DNA of 63,891 nucleotides, the filler included, from Collodictyon triciliatum (lineage: Eukaryota), in the NCBI GenBank assembly GCA_043381765.1. It is 12 parts of 11 records of this genome, joined end to end, with 100 filler letters (N's around TTAATTAATTAA, not from the genome) between each part and the next. Parts side by side here need not be neighbours in the genome. Positions count along the whole stretch, not along the records: positions 22,739 to 28,246 come from JBHJMP010005143.1; positions 28,347 to 33,868 come from JBHJMP010005144.1; positions 33,969 to 39,471 come from JBHJMP010005145.1; 9 more parts are not named here. The stretch is one strand, 5' to 3'. The position numbers and the translations under genes are program-made. Every line of letters begins with the position of its first letter. Position 1 is the stretch's first letter. The notes beneath the pieces were generated by a model, which saw only the letters and a program-made list of their open reading frames with translations, had not been told where the DNA came from and did not search any database. Shown here piece after piece: positions 26,101-37,217 of the stretch.

Positions 26101-28050
26101 CTGATTTCCTTCTTTTAGGATAGCAGCTTCTTTGCGATGGCATGAAACTTTTGAACCACGCAACATAACTATTACATCACGCACTGTCAAAGGAGCAGAT
26201 GTATGCCCATCAATAATCCCGAGTGGAGGCGGGTTTCCACGGCAAGCACTGTGTAAATTATTATTGTGTTTTTACTTGTTTAGATGTTACACTATTTTCA
26301 GTCTTTGTTTCATGCTTCATGCTTCATGCTTCATTCTCAGTTTCTCAGTTTCTCAGTTTCTCAGTTTCTCAGTTTCTCAGTTTCTCAGTTTCTCAGTTTC
26401 TCAGTTTCTCAGTTTCTCAGTTTCTCAGTTTCTCACATTCTCACATTCTCACATTCTCACATTCTCACATTCTCACATTCTCACATTCTCACATTCTCAC
26501 ATTCTCACATTCTCACATTTTCTTCATTTGGTGCTGTAACATTTTAGTATCGTTGAACAAGGTCGAGATTAAACTTACTTTGTCCGCTCTGCAAGGAGTT
26601 TGAAGCAATCACGAATTTCTCTGGACGACAGGCGAAACTGTAGGTAAAACTTTTCTCTCCACCTCAATTCTACAAGCTGGTCTTTTTCCTGCATAAATAC
26701 GGAAAAGAGTTCTTGGTGGCTGTTGTTTTTGAAAAATAAATGGCATTAACACCTCTCCCCCTCCCCGAAAAAAAATTAAGAGGATTTCGTAACAATCGTG
26801 TGTTGTTCCACAATTTATAACACAACAGTATATGTGATGAATGTAAAGAGAATTACCAGCAATGTCAATCTTGACAGCTCACTCATGTGTATAATGCGAG
26901 ACAGAACAATTCCAAAGACCACAACACGGTAACAAACGTAGTTTTTCGTGATGTATATTCGCCCAGTCATCGGGATGGACTGAATGACAACTGCAGGCCA
27001 ACTGGAAAGTAACGTTTCATCGCTACAATTAAGTTCGATATTAGTAATACATCACTTAAAAAGGTATTAGATGCAAATGATGCATAAAAATACAATGGGC
27101 TTAAAATAACAATTTATCGCGAATATTAGGAGCGAATGGCCAAATATAAAATGTCAATTACATAGGCAGCTTAAGTTTGGAAAAATCCTCCTCTTTTCCT
27201 TCGAGTTGTGATATAACAGCAACGTCAGGCAAAGGGCCCTCGTATGGTTCAGAGGGCTCCTCATCATCGTCCCAATTGCTTTGTAAGGTTGGTAGAGGCT
27301 TTGAAAAAAATGATTTAAAGAAGGCAATTCATTTAGGCCTTAGGCACATAATTTTATTCAATATTTCCCCTGTAAATATAAAAAAATATTTGTGTTTGGC
27401 ATGTGTTATTTGTATTGGGGCAAAAAGATGGTTATGGTTAGTCTTGCTGCATAGATTTAAAAATATGAAACCGATGAAATCAGGTTATGTATGGAACCTG
27501 GCTATAGTACGACCGCTCGGCTACTAATAATTCAAGCTGCCTTGTCAACATGTCGACGCGGTCTCTCAATTCTTCGGGCGTGTTCTTTGATATTCTACCT
27601 CAGTTGATATACAATGAAAATAAAACAGAAACAAAAAAAAAAAAAAAAAGGAGGTGATTAAAAATGATTCCACAGAGCCACCAATTCAGTAACCCAGGAA
27701 TGTGACAGGTTTCAATTATGCATTTTCTTAGAGTTATATGATAATCATTTCAGTGAGGAAAAGGGATGGTTTTGAGGGGAACAGAAGAAAGGCAGGATGG
27801 TGACAAAAAAGTTTGGGCCAAACTGCGGCAGCGGAGCTCCTTCTATGCGATGATCGGAAGGGATGGAGTTTTGATTTTGAAGCGGGCTTGAAGCAGAGCC
27901 CAAAGGCTGACTCGGAGCCTCCACAACAACAGAAGCCTTCGCCATTTCGGAAGTCCCCTGCGCAGTTGCACCTGTTCCGACACTGGTGGTTTGCTTGCTG
28001 ATCGGCTGGTTTGAGGAGGAACCGGCGCCCATTGGAAGACCTTGCAGAGT
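23125..28050 (-). CDS. GRAM + cyclic-nucleotide-binding + PP2C (PPM) phosphatase fusion; 5' end probably outside the contig
   Basis: In-phase exons: GRAM (KLPIDETLLSSWPAVVIQSIPMTGRIYITKNYVCY), cNMP (ILKEGNQYENLYQ/VLQGRLEV..EGDMFGEMSFLQGGAASASVVS) and PP2C (NQ/DNY, GVFDGHG, SGTTA, ANVGDSRA, DQKP, LAMARSIGD, LASDGVWE, RDDIT). Stop TGA at 23125-23127. Confidence 0.88.
26336..26520. repeat. Intronic 8-bp microsatellite switching from (TTTCTCAG)n to (ATTCTCAC)n
   Basis: Directly visible. Confidence 0.95.
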
Positions 28051-28539
28051 CACAACAAGTGATATGAACGGTTGGTTGGTCTTGCCCTTGAAGTTTTCTT
28101 TGTTTCTTTTTTCTTTTCTTTTTCTTTTTTCTTTGTTTCTAAGTTTCTTTTTTCTTTTTCTTTTTCTTTTTCTTTTTCTTTTTCTTTTTCTTTTTCTTTT
28201 TCTTTTCTTTTTCTTTTTCTTTTTCTTTTTCTTTTTCTTTTTCTTTNNNNNNNNNNNNNNNNNNNNNNNNNNNNNNNNNNNNNNNNNNNNTTAATTAATT
28301 AANNNNNNNNNNNNNNNNNNNNNNNNNNNNNNNNNNNNNNNNNNNNAAAAAAAGAAAAAAAAGAAAAAAAGAAAAAAAGAAAAAAAGAAAAAAAGAAAAA
28401 AAGAAAAAAAAGAAAAAAAAGAAAAAAAAGAAAAAAAGAAAAAAAAGAAAAAAAGAAAAAAAGAAAAAAAGAAAAATCATATATGATACAAATACAAACC
28501 ATCCCACCCAGTGATATATAAAATCCTTGATTTATGGCG

Positions 28540-29676
28540 TCATAATCCCGTATCATAATCCCGTGGCATAATCCTGTTGTATGCTCCCGTGGCAAAATCC
28601 CGTATCATAATCCTGTGGCATAATCCCGTATCATAATCCCGTATCATAATCCCATATCATAATCCCGTGTCATAACCCCGTGTCATAATCCCGTGTATAA
28701 TCCCGTATTGTCATAATCCCGTGGCATAATCCTGTATCATAATCCCGTGTCATAATCCTGTATCATAATCCAGTATCATAATCCAGTATCATAATCCCGT
28801 GGCATAATCCCGTATCATAATCTTGTGTCATAATCCCGTGCCATAATCCGTATCATAATACCGTGTCATAATCCCGTGTCATAATCCCGTATCATAATCT
28901 TGTGTCATAATCCCGTGCCATAATCCGTATCATAATCCCGTGTCATAATCTTGTGTCATAATCCCGTGCCATAATCCGTATCATAATACCGTGTCATAAT
29001 CCCGTGTCATAATCCCGTATCATATCTCGTAGTGGCATAATCCCGTGTCATAATCCCGTAGCATAACCCCGCATCATAATCCCATGGCAAATCTCGTAGT
29101 GGCATAATCCCGTGTCATAATCCCGTGGCATAATCCAGTGGCATAATCCCGTGGTATAATCCCGTGTCATAATCCCGTGTCATAATCCCGTGGCATAATC
29201 CCGTGGCATAATCCCATGCATAATCCCGTGGCATAATCCCGTGGCATAATCCCGTGTATAATCCCATGGCATAATCCCGTGGCATAATCCCATGCATAAT
29301 CCCGTGTCATAATCCTGTGGCATAATCCCGTGGCATAATCCCGTATCATAATCCCGTGGCATAATCCCGTGACATAATCCCGTAGTGGCATAATCCCGTG
29401 ACATAATCCTGTAGTGTCATAATCCTGTGGCATTATCCCGTGTCATAATCCCGTGTCATAATCCCGTGGCATAATCCCGTGTCATAATCCCGTGTCATAA
29501 TCCCGTGGCATAATCCCGTGGCATAATCCCGTGGCATAATCCCATGCATAATCCCGTGGCATAATCCCGTATCATAATCCCGTGGCATAATCCCGTGTCA
29601 TAATCCCGTGGCATAATCCCGTGGCATAATCCCGCAGTATAATCCTGTGCATAATCCCGTAGTATAATCCCGTAGC
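28540..29676. repeat. 13-bp minisatellite (CATAATCCCGTGG / CATAATCCCGTGT / CATAATCCCGTAT), about 85 units
   Basis: Directly visible degenerate tandem array of about 1.1 kb. Confidence 0.95.
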
Positions 29677-30152
29677 ATGTCTCATCAGGAGCTGTTACAT
29701 GAATACATTTATAAAAAAAAACTTCAGTACATCTTAAACTCCATTTACTTTTTTTTTTTTGATTATTTCACCTTTCACTTTTCTATTTCGTTATTTTCTC
29801 TTTTTGATTTTTGATTTCCCTTCACGCAACTCATTTTGCCTCTTGAGTTTTGCAAGAGCCCTTTTTCTCTCCCTCGCTTCTTTCCCCGTTTATCGTACTC
29901 CTCATTTAACGGCCTCTTTTTTCTACATATTTTTATTTTATTTTAATTTAATTTTGGGAATCAGCATCGTCGTCACTCATTCTACTTCAGACGATCGAAA
30001 TACTCTTGCTTATGTTTTGATGGAATGAATGTTAAAAAAACAAAAACAAATAAAAAAAATGCTCTTGTTACCTTAAACTAATGCTCTTTGACGAAATGAA
30101 ATGTGTAAAAGGTAAATTATCATTATGGCTCAACCTATGAACCACCGAAAGA

Positions 30153-30692
30153 CGACTTTTCTCACAACGCGCATTCTCTTTTTTGTCGGGCGAAGATCGA
30201 AGATCGACTTTTCTCATAACCCGCATTCTTATTTTGTCGGGCGAAGATCGACTTTTCTTACAACGCGCATTCTTATTTTTGTCGGGCGGAGATCGTAGAT
30301 CGACTATTCTCACAACCCGCATTCTCATTTTTTTCGGGCGGAGATCGTAGATCGACTTTTCTTACAACCCGCATTCTCTTTTTTTCGGGCGAAGATCGAA
30401 GATCAACTTTCCTCACAACCCGCATTCTCATTTTTTCGGGCGAAGATCGGAGATCGACTTTTCTCACAACGCGCATTCTCATTTTTTTCGGGCGGAGATC
30501 GACTTTTCTTACAACCCGCATTCTCATTTTTTTCGGACGAAGATCGAAGATCGACTTTTCTCACAACCCGCATTCTTATTTTTTTCGGGCAGAGATCGAA
30601 GATCGACTTTTCTCACAACGCGCATTCTCATTCTTTCGGGCGAAGATCGAAGATCGACTTTTCTCACAACCCGCATTCTCATTTTTTCGGGT
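30153..30692. repeat. ~51-bp minisatellite (GACTTTTCTCACAACCCGCATTCTCATTTTTTCGGGCGAAGATCGAAGATC), about 11 units
   Basis: Head-to-tail units with no spacers; some units lack one GAAGATC sub-repeat. Confidence 0.93.
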
Positions 30693-31830
30693 GAGATGCT
30701 CTGTATGCTTTGTATGCCTTGTATGCTTTGTGTGCTCACTGAATGTTTTGTATGGTATTATGAAGCTTAAAATAGTAAGTGGACATTTTTTTGTACCACC
30801 CAAGCGTAAATTTTTTTGGCACATTATTCACACAACTCACGTTTTACGTTTCACAATTCACGTTTCACGTTTCGCGTTTTACAATTTACATCTCGTAACG
30901 GAAAGTCCAAATTTATTGTATAGATCTATTCATATTTTTATCATATATTATACTTATTATTGAATTAATCGCACAAATAATGATATTTAATTATATAATA
31001 ATTATATTCCAGATGTGAGTTAGTTGAATATTTTGGATATATTCATTGAATTCTCAATTCTGTGTATTATGACAAAAGAAGTAAATCGCCAAAACTTTCA
31101 ATTCAGTGAAAATAAACTAATGAGATGAAAAGTTCATGTGGTCAATTCCAAATTCGGATGAAGGATTTCTGTCACGAATTTCGAATCATTCAAAGAAAAT
31201 TACCCAAAAAATTACGCCACACTAAGGCCAATATAGGCAATCTGTCAACTTGGCAATTATAGCGATTTTATGTAAGTCGCCCGCTATCTATACTATTTTC
31301 CTAGCGCATAAGAGAAGCCAACAATTTTTTCAACTGATCTGCAACATTTTCGGGTCTGTGCAAAGGTGTTTCTGTGTCGCATTTGTAATTCAAACATTCA
31401 ATGGCGGTGCACCATAAGTAAAATCATTATCAAGTTAGTAGTTATTGATATCTTAATTAAAATATAGTAACATTATTGATAAAAATATCTATAATAATTA
31501 AATATGATCTTATAAATTTATTATCCACTTTTGTATAATTGACGCCAACATAACGACTTCCTATTCCGTGAAAACGGATTTCGGTTACACGCACCACAGG
31601 TTTGCGGAGGCATCAGCTTTTTTCCTGCATCACAACCAATCAACAAAACCAGCAAACGGCTACTTTTTTCTTTTTCTCAAGCAGACGAAAGAGCGGAGCA
31701 GATATTTTTTTTGTTTTCCTTTATTCAATTGCGGGTGCGATAGGGATGTGTGGGGATTGGGACAGAAATCAACAAAGGGTCAAGCGAATGCTACAAAACC
31801 CATGAAATGAATGGGGGAGTGGGGCGGTGG

Positions 31831-33573
31831 TTAGGTGCGCTTGGCCTCCTCGATGAGATTGAGTGCGGCGCGGATGTGGAGGGATTTCAGCTCGGGGACA
31901 AACTCCTTCAAGTCTGCCTCTGTCATCAGGACGAACTCAGCGCCGCCGAAGCCATTGTCTTGGCAAGCCTGTACCAGCTTTGGATTGGCCTTCCTAGTTT
32001 TCAGGTAGGCCCCAAGCTCCTCAGCGTCCATATCCCTGACGGAGCCCATCCTCGGAGTGGTCGGGACAGCAGCGGGATTGGAGATGATGCCCTTGAGCTC
32101 GACCTCGACCTGCTGGGTATTGATGCGAGTTTCGTAGTCTCTTTCCCAGCACTTGCGGATCAGAGCTGCGAGGTTAGAAGGACAGGTTGGTGGGAGAGGA
32201 AGCGTTTTGCCGTTGGTCACACAGGCGCCAACCTGGCCGTCCGTCATGCCCTCATACGGATACCCACCACTCGCCATGGACCAGAGCACCACGCCGTACG
32301 AGTAGACGTCGCTGGGCAGCCCCATGCTCTTGCCGATGTCGAAGGCCTCGGGCGGAGACCAGTTCTTGGAGCCGCCGAACTTGCTGACCGAGTTGACCGA
32401 GACGCCGCTCTTTGCAAGGCCGAAGTCGGTCAGCTTGGCGACGCCGTTCACAAGCAGGACGTTCTCGGTCTTGAGGTCGCGGTGCTGGATGGGCCTTGGC
32501 CGCGTGTGCAGGTAGACGAGGCCCTGGATGATGTGCAGCCCGTACTTGAGGGTCAGGTCGATGCTGAGTGCCCCTTGCTTCTTGACCAGTGAGCAGAGCT
32601 CTCCGCCGTCTGCAAACTCCATCACGAGGAGGAGGTCCCTGCCGCGGAAGCCGAAGTCGTAGAGCGTCAGGATGTTTGGGTGCTGCAGCTCGAGCATCAT
32701 GTTGCCTTCCTTCTCCGGGTCGGATCCGTCGGTGGCGGTGAGGGAAGCGTCGCTGATCTTCTTGACCGCGTAGAAAACTGCCTTCAGCTGCACCTTGAAG
32801 ACCAGCCCGAAGCCGCCCTTGCCCAGGACGTTTTCTCGCTTCTCAAAGTCCATTGTCAGGAGGTCAGCGTAGTTGCCGCGGGCTAGGCGGCCGGTTGGGG
32901 CGGCGTAGATGCCCGACTGGATGTTGGGACTGGCTGCAACCTGTGTAAGTGGAGGGAGTGGGTGTCAGTCTGTTAGCTTCTCTAGCTTCAGCTGCGGTAT
33001 CGACCTAGGTTATGTTAGTTGTGTCCTGTGTTGTGTAAGTGGGGGTTGGGGGTGGATGTGTGCTTACGGGGTCGTAGAGCTGCAGAGCGCGGATGTGTTT
33101 GTTGTGACCATATTCTGTGTTATTCCAGCAGGGGAGATTTGAGATGCCACGCGGGGCTCTCTTTATGTTTATTTTTCCACCGTACTCAATGAAGAGTTTT
33201 TTCAGATTTGTGAGTGCTGTGATCTGTGGTGGAAGCTCCTCCATCTGTGTGTATCGTTGTCAGTCATTTTCTTTTAAACATAATAGTAATATAACATATG
33301 AATAAAACATACCGGATTTACATGAACTTGAAGTTCTATGAGACCAGTCAAACACGATATTTGTGCAGGTAGCGATGACAGCTTATTGCCACCAAGATAC
33401 AATTCTTTCAGACCAGTCAACAGAAAAACACCAGGTGGCACAGATGACAGATTCTCGCCACAGAGACTCAGAAATGTGGATCTTTTTAGAGTGGCAATAT
33501 CAGGATGCCCAGAGAGTTTCCGGACTTCTTCCAAAAGCGCATCCACTTGGGCAGGTGTGAGACAGTCGGACAT
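31831..33573 (-). CDS. LRR + tyrosine-kinase-like (TKL) kinase + SAM domain protein; exons 33573-33313, 33244-33068 and 32940-31831
   Basis: LRRs (LTGLKELYLGGNKLSSLPAQISCLTGLIELQVHVNP/MEELPPQITALTNL); kinase motifs GKGGFG, AVK, HRDLKTEN, DFG, WSPPE, SDVYSYGVVLW; SAM-like tail VRDMDAEELGAYLK..QDNGFGGAEFVLMTEADLKE. Phase-0 GT-AG joins. Confidence 0.88.
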
Positions 33574-33968
33574 CTGGACAGATTCTGGCTGTGTATATGG
33601 GTAGACTGGCTGGGTGTCAATACAATACACATCATTTATTTGTTTTATGAGTGGACTTAGCAATCACACAGGACAGAATCACTCGAGTCAGGACGGTAGG
33701 GTTGTGCACTCGGAGATCAGAAAGTACTTTGAATAAAAAAAGAGGAGCAAGGATTTCGACAAGACGAGATTAAATATCCCGCAAAGGCCGGCGAATTTTT
33801 CCAAGAAGACGACTTGTGCAGAACTTGTGTGCTTGTGCTTCCTTGGAAATTCACCGGTTCGGGGTTGGNNNNNNNNNNNNNNNNNNNNNNNNNNNNNNNN
33901 NNNNNNNNNNNNTTAATTAATTAANNNNNNNNNNNNNNNNNNNNNNNNNNNNNNNNNNNNNNNNNNNN

Positions 33969-34330
33969 CATTCCACGCTGCCAGAATCCTTTCGGATGGG
34001 TAAGCATATCTGTCCACCATCTCATCGTGAGCGATGTCCATGCAATACCAGGCGTTATGAGTCCCAGCCCTCCCTCTGTATGTGGCCTAGACAGCGTCTT
34101 GATTTTATATATTTGATTATTCGTAGTGATGAAGTTGCGGCAGATGTCTTCCAGCTCCTTAGGGCCTCTTGAGATTCCACGGTGCCTTGCATGCCGCAGG
34201 CGCTGATTTGGAGGAAGAGAGGTTGAAGTGCCGCAACCAAGCTGTGGTGACTTTCTCCGCCCTCGCCAAACTTCCATATTAGGATTATTCTTTGAAAGTT
34301 TGGGTTGTCAACTTTGATCAAGAACGAACT
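33969..34330 (-). mobile_element. Degenerate non-LTR (LINE, L1/Tx1-like) retrotransposon ORF2 fragment
   Basis: LEDICRNFITT..YKIKTLSRPHTEGGLGLITP, the post-RT P..EGGLG motif, homologous to 50000-50112. Confidence 0.75.
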
Positions 34331-34715
34331 GATTCATCATCGGCACAAACTCCAACGAGAATCGTTGCAACGTCAACATGCAGCGCCATCACTGGGCAAC
34401 AAGCACTTGATCACCTTCTGAATGCAACACGCACAACTAAACTAATCAATTGCACTCACAATTTACGTGTCCATGGCGGCCTTTAGCGACAACACGTTGA
34501 GATGGTAATACCTTGACTTTAACAGATGGCCACTCCTTTTTTTTATTCTGATTTATTATAATGCCACGAATTATTACGTTTTTTCCTATTGTTCCCTCAC
34601 ATTGTAAGTATTATTATTAATAATTTGATGACTTTTTTTTTATTACCTCTGCGGCCCTCCGTAAAAAATAGAAGATGGAAGCCCAAAAGTCTGTGGAAAA
34701 ATTTTTTCTTTCTAG

Positions 34716-35822
34716 ATGGTCATATGGGCAGCCGTCTGCTAAATCGACTTTAAACTACTTAGACTTCCACCTGCTCACTCGATCCCGCACTGGACGAACT
34801 CTGGAACAAGTTCCGTCTTAGCAATAGTCCCTTGTCCTGCTTGATCCGTGAGTCACTACTTTTATCATCTATGGACAGCTGCTTTACGAACATTTCACCT
34901 TTCAGATTTTTATTTCTGCGAGAGATGGCTCCTATTTCTTCTTTTCTTTCGCTTTTTGGACATCCAGGTTTACCACGTGTGTAATTTATATTAAAGACAA
35001 CTTTGCTCGTTTCAGTGAAATGCGACAAGAGCACCTTTACTGTGATTCTCGACGAGAAACTGGACAACACGACTTTTGAGGACATTGCAGACCGACTCCC
35101 TGAGTCTGCCCCACGGTTTGCTCCTGCTATTACACTATATGTTTTAATTCATGCATTAGTAGATACCTTGGTAGATTATATGGGGTTATAGCAATTGTAT
35201 CCATTTTTTCCACTTTCTCTCTGCTTTTCTTGATAATTGGTGTGTATTATGGGAAAAATATCTCACATGAAAAATATGCAGATATCTGCTCATCAGGTAG
35301 CTTAGCTGCAGTTCACTATCACACACGCTTTCGGAAAACTATATCTCTTAAATTGCGGTTATATACATCACCTACATCAATCATATGCACTAGCCTTTTT
35401 TTTTTGTATCGCTATGTTGTCTCTAAATCCATGCTATCCAGCTACAAGCTTGTACATGAAGACGGCCGTGTCTCGTACCCACTGATCATGATTTACTACA
35501 ATCCGGACAATGTCAACGCAGCCATTCGCATGATGTACGCATCCAGCAAGACTCAAATAGTCAATCGTTACAACGTGATGAAGGTCGAATTTTCCCCTTT
35601 TGTTGAGTTATTACCAGTATTTGACAAGAATATTTTAATCAAAATTATCTATTCATTCACATAATACTGGCATAGCCGACATTCACACCACAACATGTTG
35701 AAAAGTAACAGCTTATTCACAAAGTATCTCCATTTCGGCAACTTTAGTCCTTTGACCTGGTGGACTCGGAGGCCTTCAGCGAGGCCTGGCTCATCGCCCA
35801 AATCAAGGCTGGAAAGCGCTAA
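34716..35822 (+). CDS. GMF: Glia maturation factor (ADF-H domain); exons 34716-18, 34763-847, 35016-115, 35282-296, 35442-583, 35748-822
   Basis: Spliced product M/TSTCSLDPALDELWNKFRL...IADRLPESAPR/YLLIS/YKLVHEDGRVSYPLIMIYYNP...MMYASSK...*, a classic GMF sequence. Confidence 0.92.
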
Positions 35823-37217
35823 TGACCCTAATGAGCCATTTCTTTCTTTTCGTTGGACTCGCGCTCAGGACATCATCGCTCTGAGTATCCCGACTCAACG
35901 CTGCTCTGATATATTCTCTGCCGCCCGCGTCATGAATAAATTATCGAACGCAAAAGGAGGATGCAAAGCTGGAATCAATGTTTTAATCAACCCGTGCTGA
36001 ACACGTCGTCGCTGCTCACAAACCTTGCCCCCCTTCAAACCTCGCCTGCTGGGCGACAATATGATTTTTTTCTTTTCTTTTTTTTTTTTCAAGTTCTTTT
36101 ATTCCCACTGGATCATTCCATTCATTCTTTCGGTGTTCACATGTCACGCGGGGATGAGCTGATGCTATGCAGCCATGAGATGTTTATTGCAAAGCAAGTA
36201 GAGAGGAGGTCTGGAATTCTGGCTGCGGCTGCAAAGCGAACAGGCAACCTTAGGGCACCCCTCAGATTTTTGGCGGCATAACCTACATGTATCCCAGCCT
36301 TTATAATTGCAACATTTATCATTCTAGAGGTTACAATAGCCCAAATTTGTATCTAATGTGGATGAAATAATATAAATTCCATATAAAGGTAAATAACTTT
36401 AATCAACTTCTGGAATATTTTGTTTATTGTTCCAATTTTTTAAGACGCACGGATACCACAATGACGTGTGCCACATTTTCTTCAGCTTGTTGTTTAAAGA
36501 GCAGCCCGTCCGTCATCAGTTGTTCTTCCTCAAAACCATATTACACCTGACAAAACAAGGCCGCCGTAACCAAAAAGTTGTTGATGCTGCCGAGCAATCG
36601 GCCAGCGGATGAATACACACCTAACTCCACGGCGGCAGACCAAACCCCAGTCGATTGTGTCCTGATCACTATGTGTCCCAGTCGAGGCTCCGCTCACTCG
36701 TGAGTGCAGAGATAAGACATTTGGGGAGCATCAGCGCGCAAACGACACAACGTGACGGCATGAAGAAAGACAAGTTAGAAGCACAAGAGAAACCAAGTCC
36801 TCAAAACCCCGCAGACCCTGATGAGCCATTCGTGGAAGAAGAGAACAATCGGACGCCGCAGTGGCAGCTGTGGTTGTGACAGGCGAGAATGCAGGCGAAA
36901 GGGAAATCCCGAATTCCCGGAGGGGGCGGTGCGTGTGGTCACAAAATATACACACACGAAGCAGCGTGTTTGATGGCGCATTCCTCGAGGCTTTTGATCG
37001 GCTCCCCTCAAACGAAAAGGCTGCCTCACGGGCTCCCCTGCTTGTAACCTTGGCAATAGGCTGTAAACACATCAAGTAATTAGCTGTGGAGAAAAAGAAA
37101 AGAAAAGAAAAAAAAGAGGGACACGAGAGCGAGCGCATTTGCATGATAACCATTTCACTCTTCTCTATGTTCTGTCATCATTTTTTTTTTAATTTGCCAC
37201 GATTTATTTGGCCACAG

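Noticed and set aside
28540-29676. Telomeric repeat, or a repeat-protein gene (RDYATGLCHGIMP ORFs)
   Set aside because: GGGATTA is not TTAGGG-type in either orientation, the array is internal, and the 13-nt unit with frequent indels makes the ORFs incidental.
29788-29990. Basic peptide KEARERKRALAKLKRQ..KIKKRK* on the minus strand as a transposase remnant
   Set aside because: Too short, with upstream stops and no catalytic motif.
30153-30692. CRISPR array
   Set aside because: Units are head-to-tail with no unique spacers, the context is eukaryotic, and there are no cas genes.
31750-32592. Long antisense ORFs over GC-rich exons (also 43375-44235, 43952-44644, 17626-18121)
   Set aside because: Shadow ORFs caused by high GC3 on the true coding strand.
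35900-36900. Small spliced minus-strand gene or snoRNA host (similar signals at 58080-58325 and 145-480)
   Set aside because: Splice-like sites exist, but no consistent ORF or rRNA-complementary guide could be established by eye.
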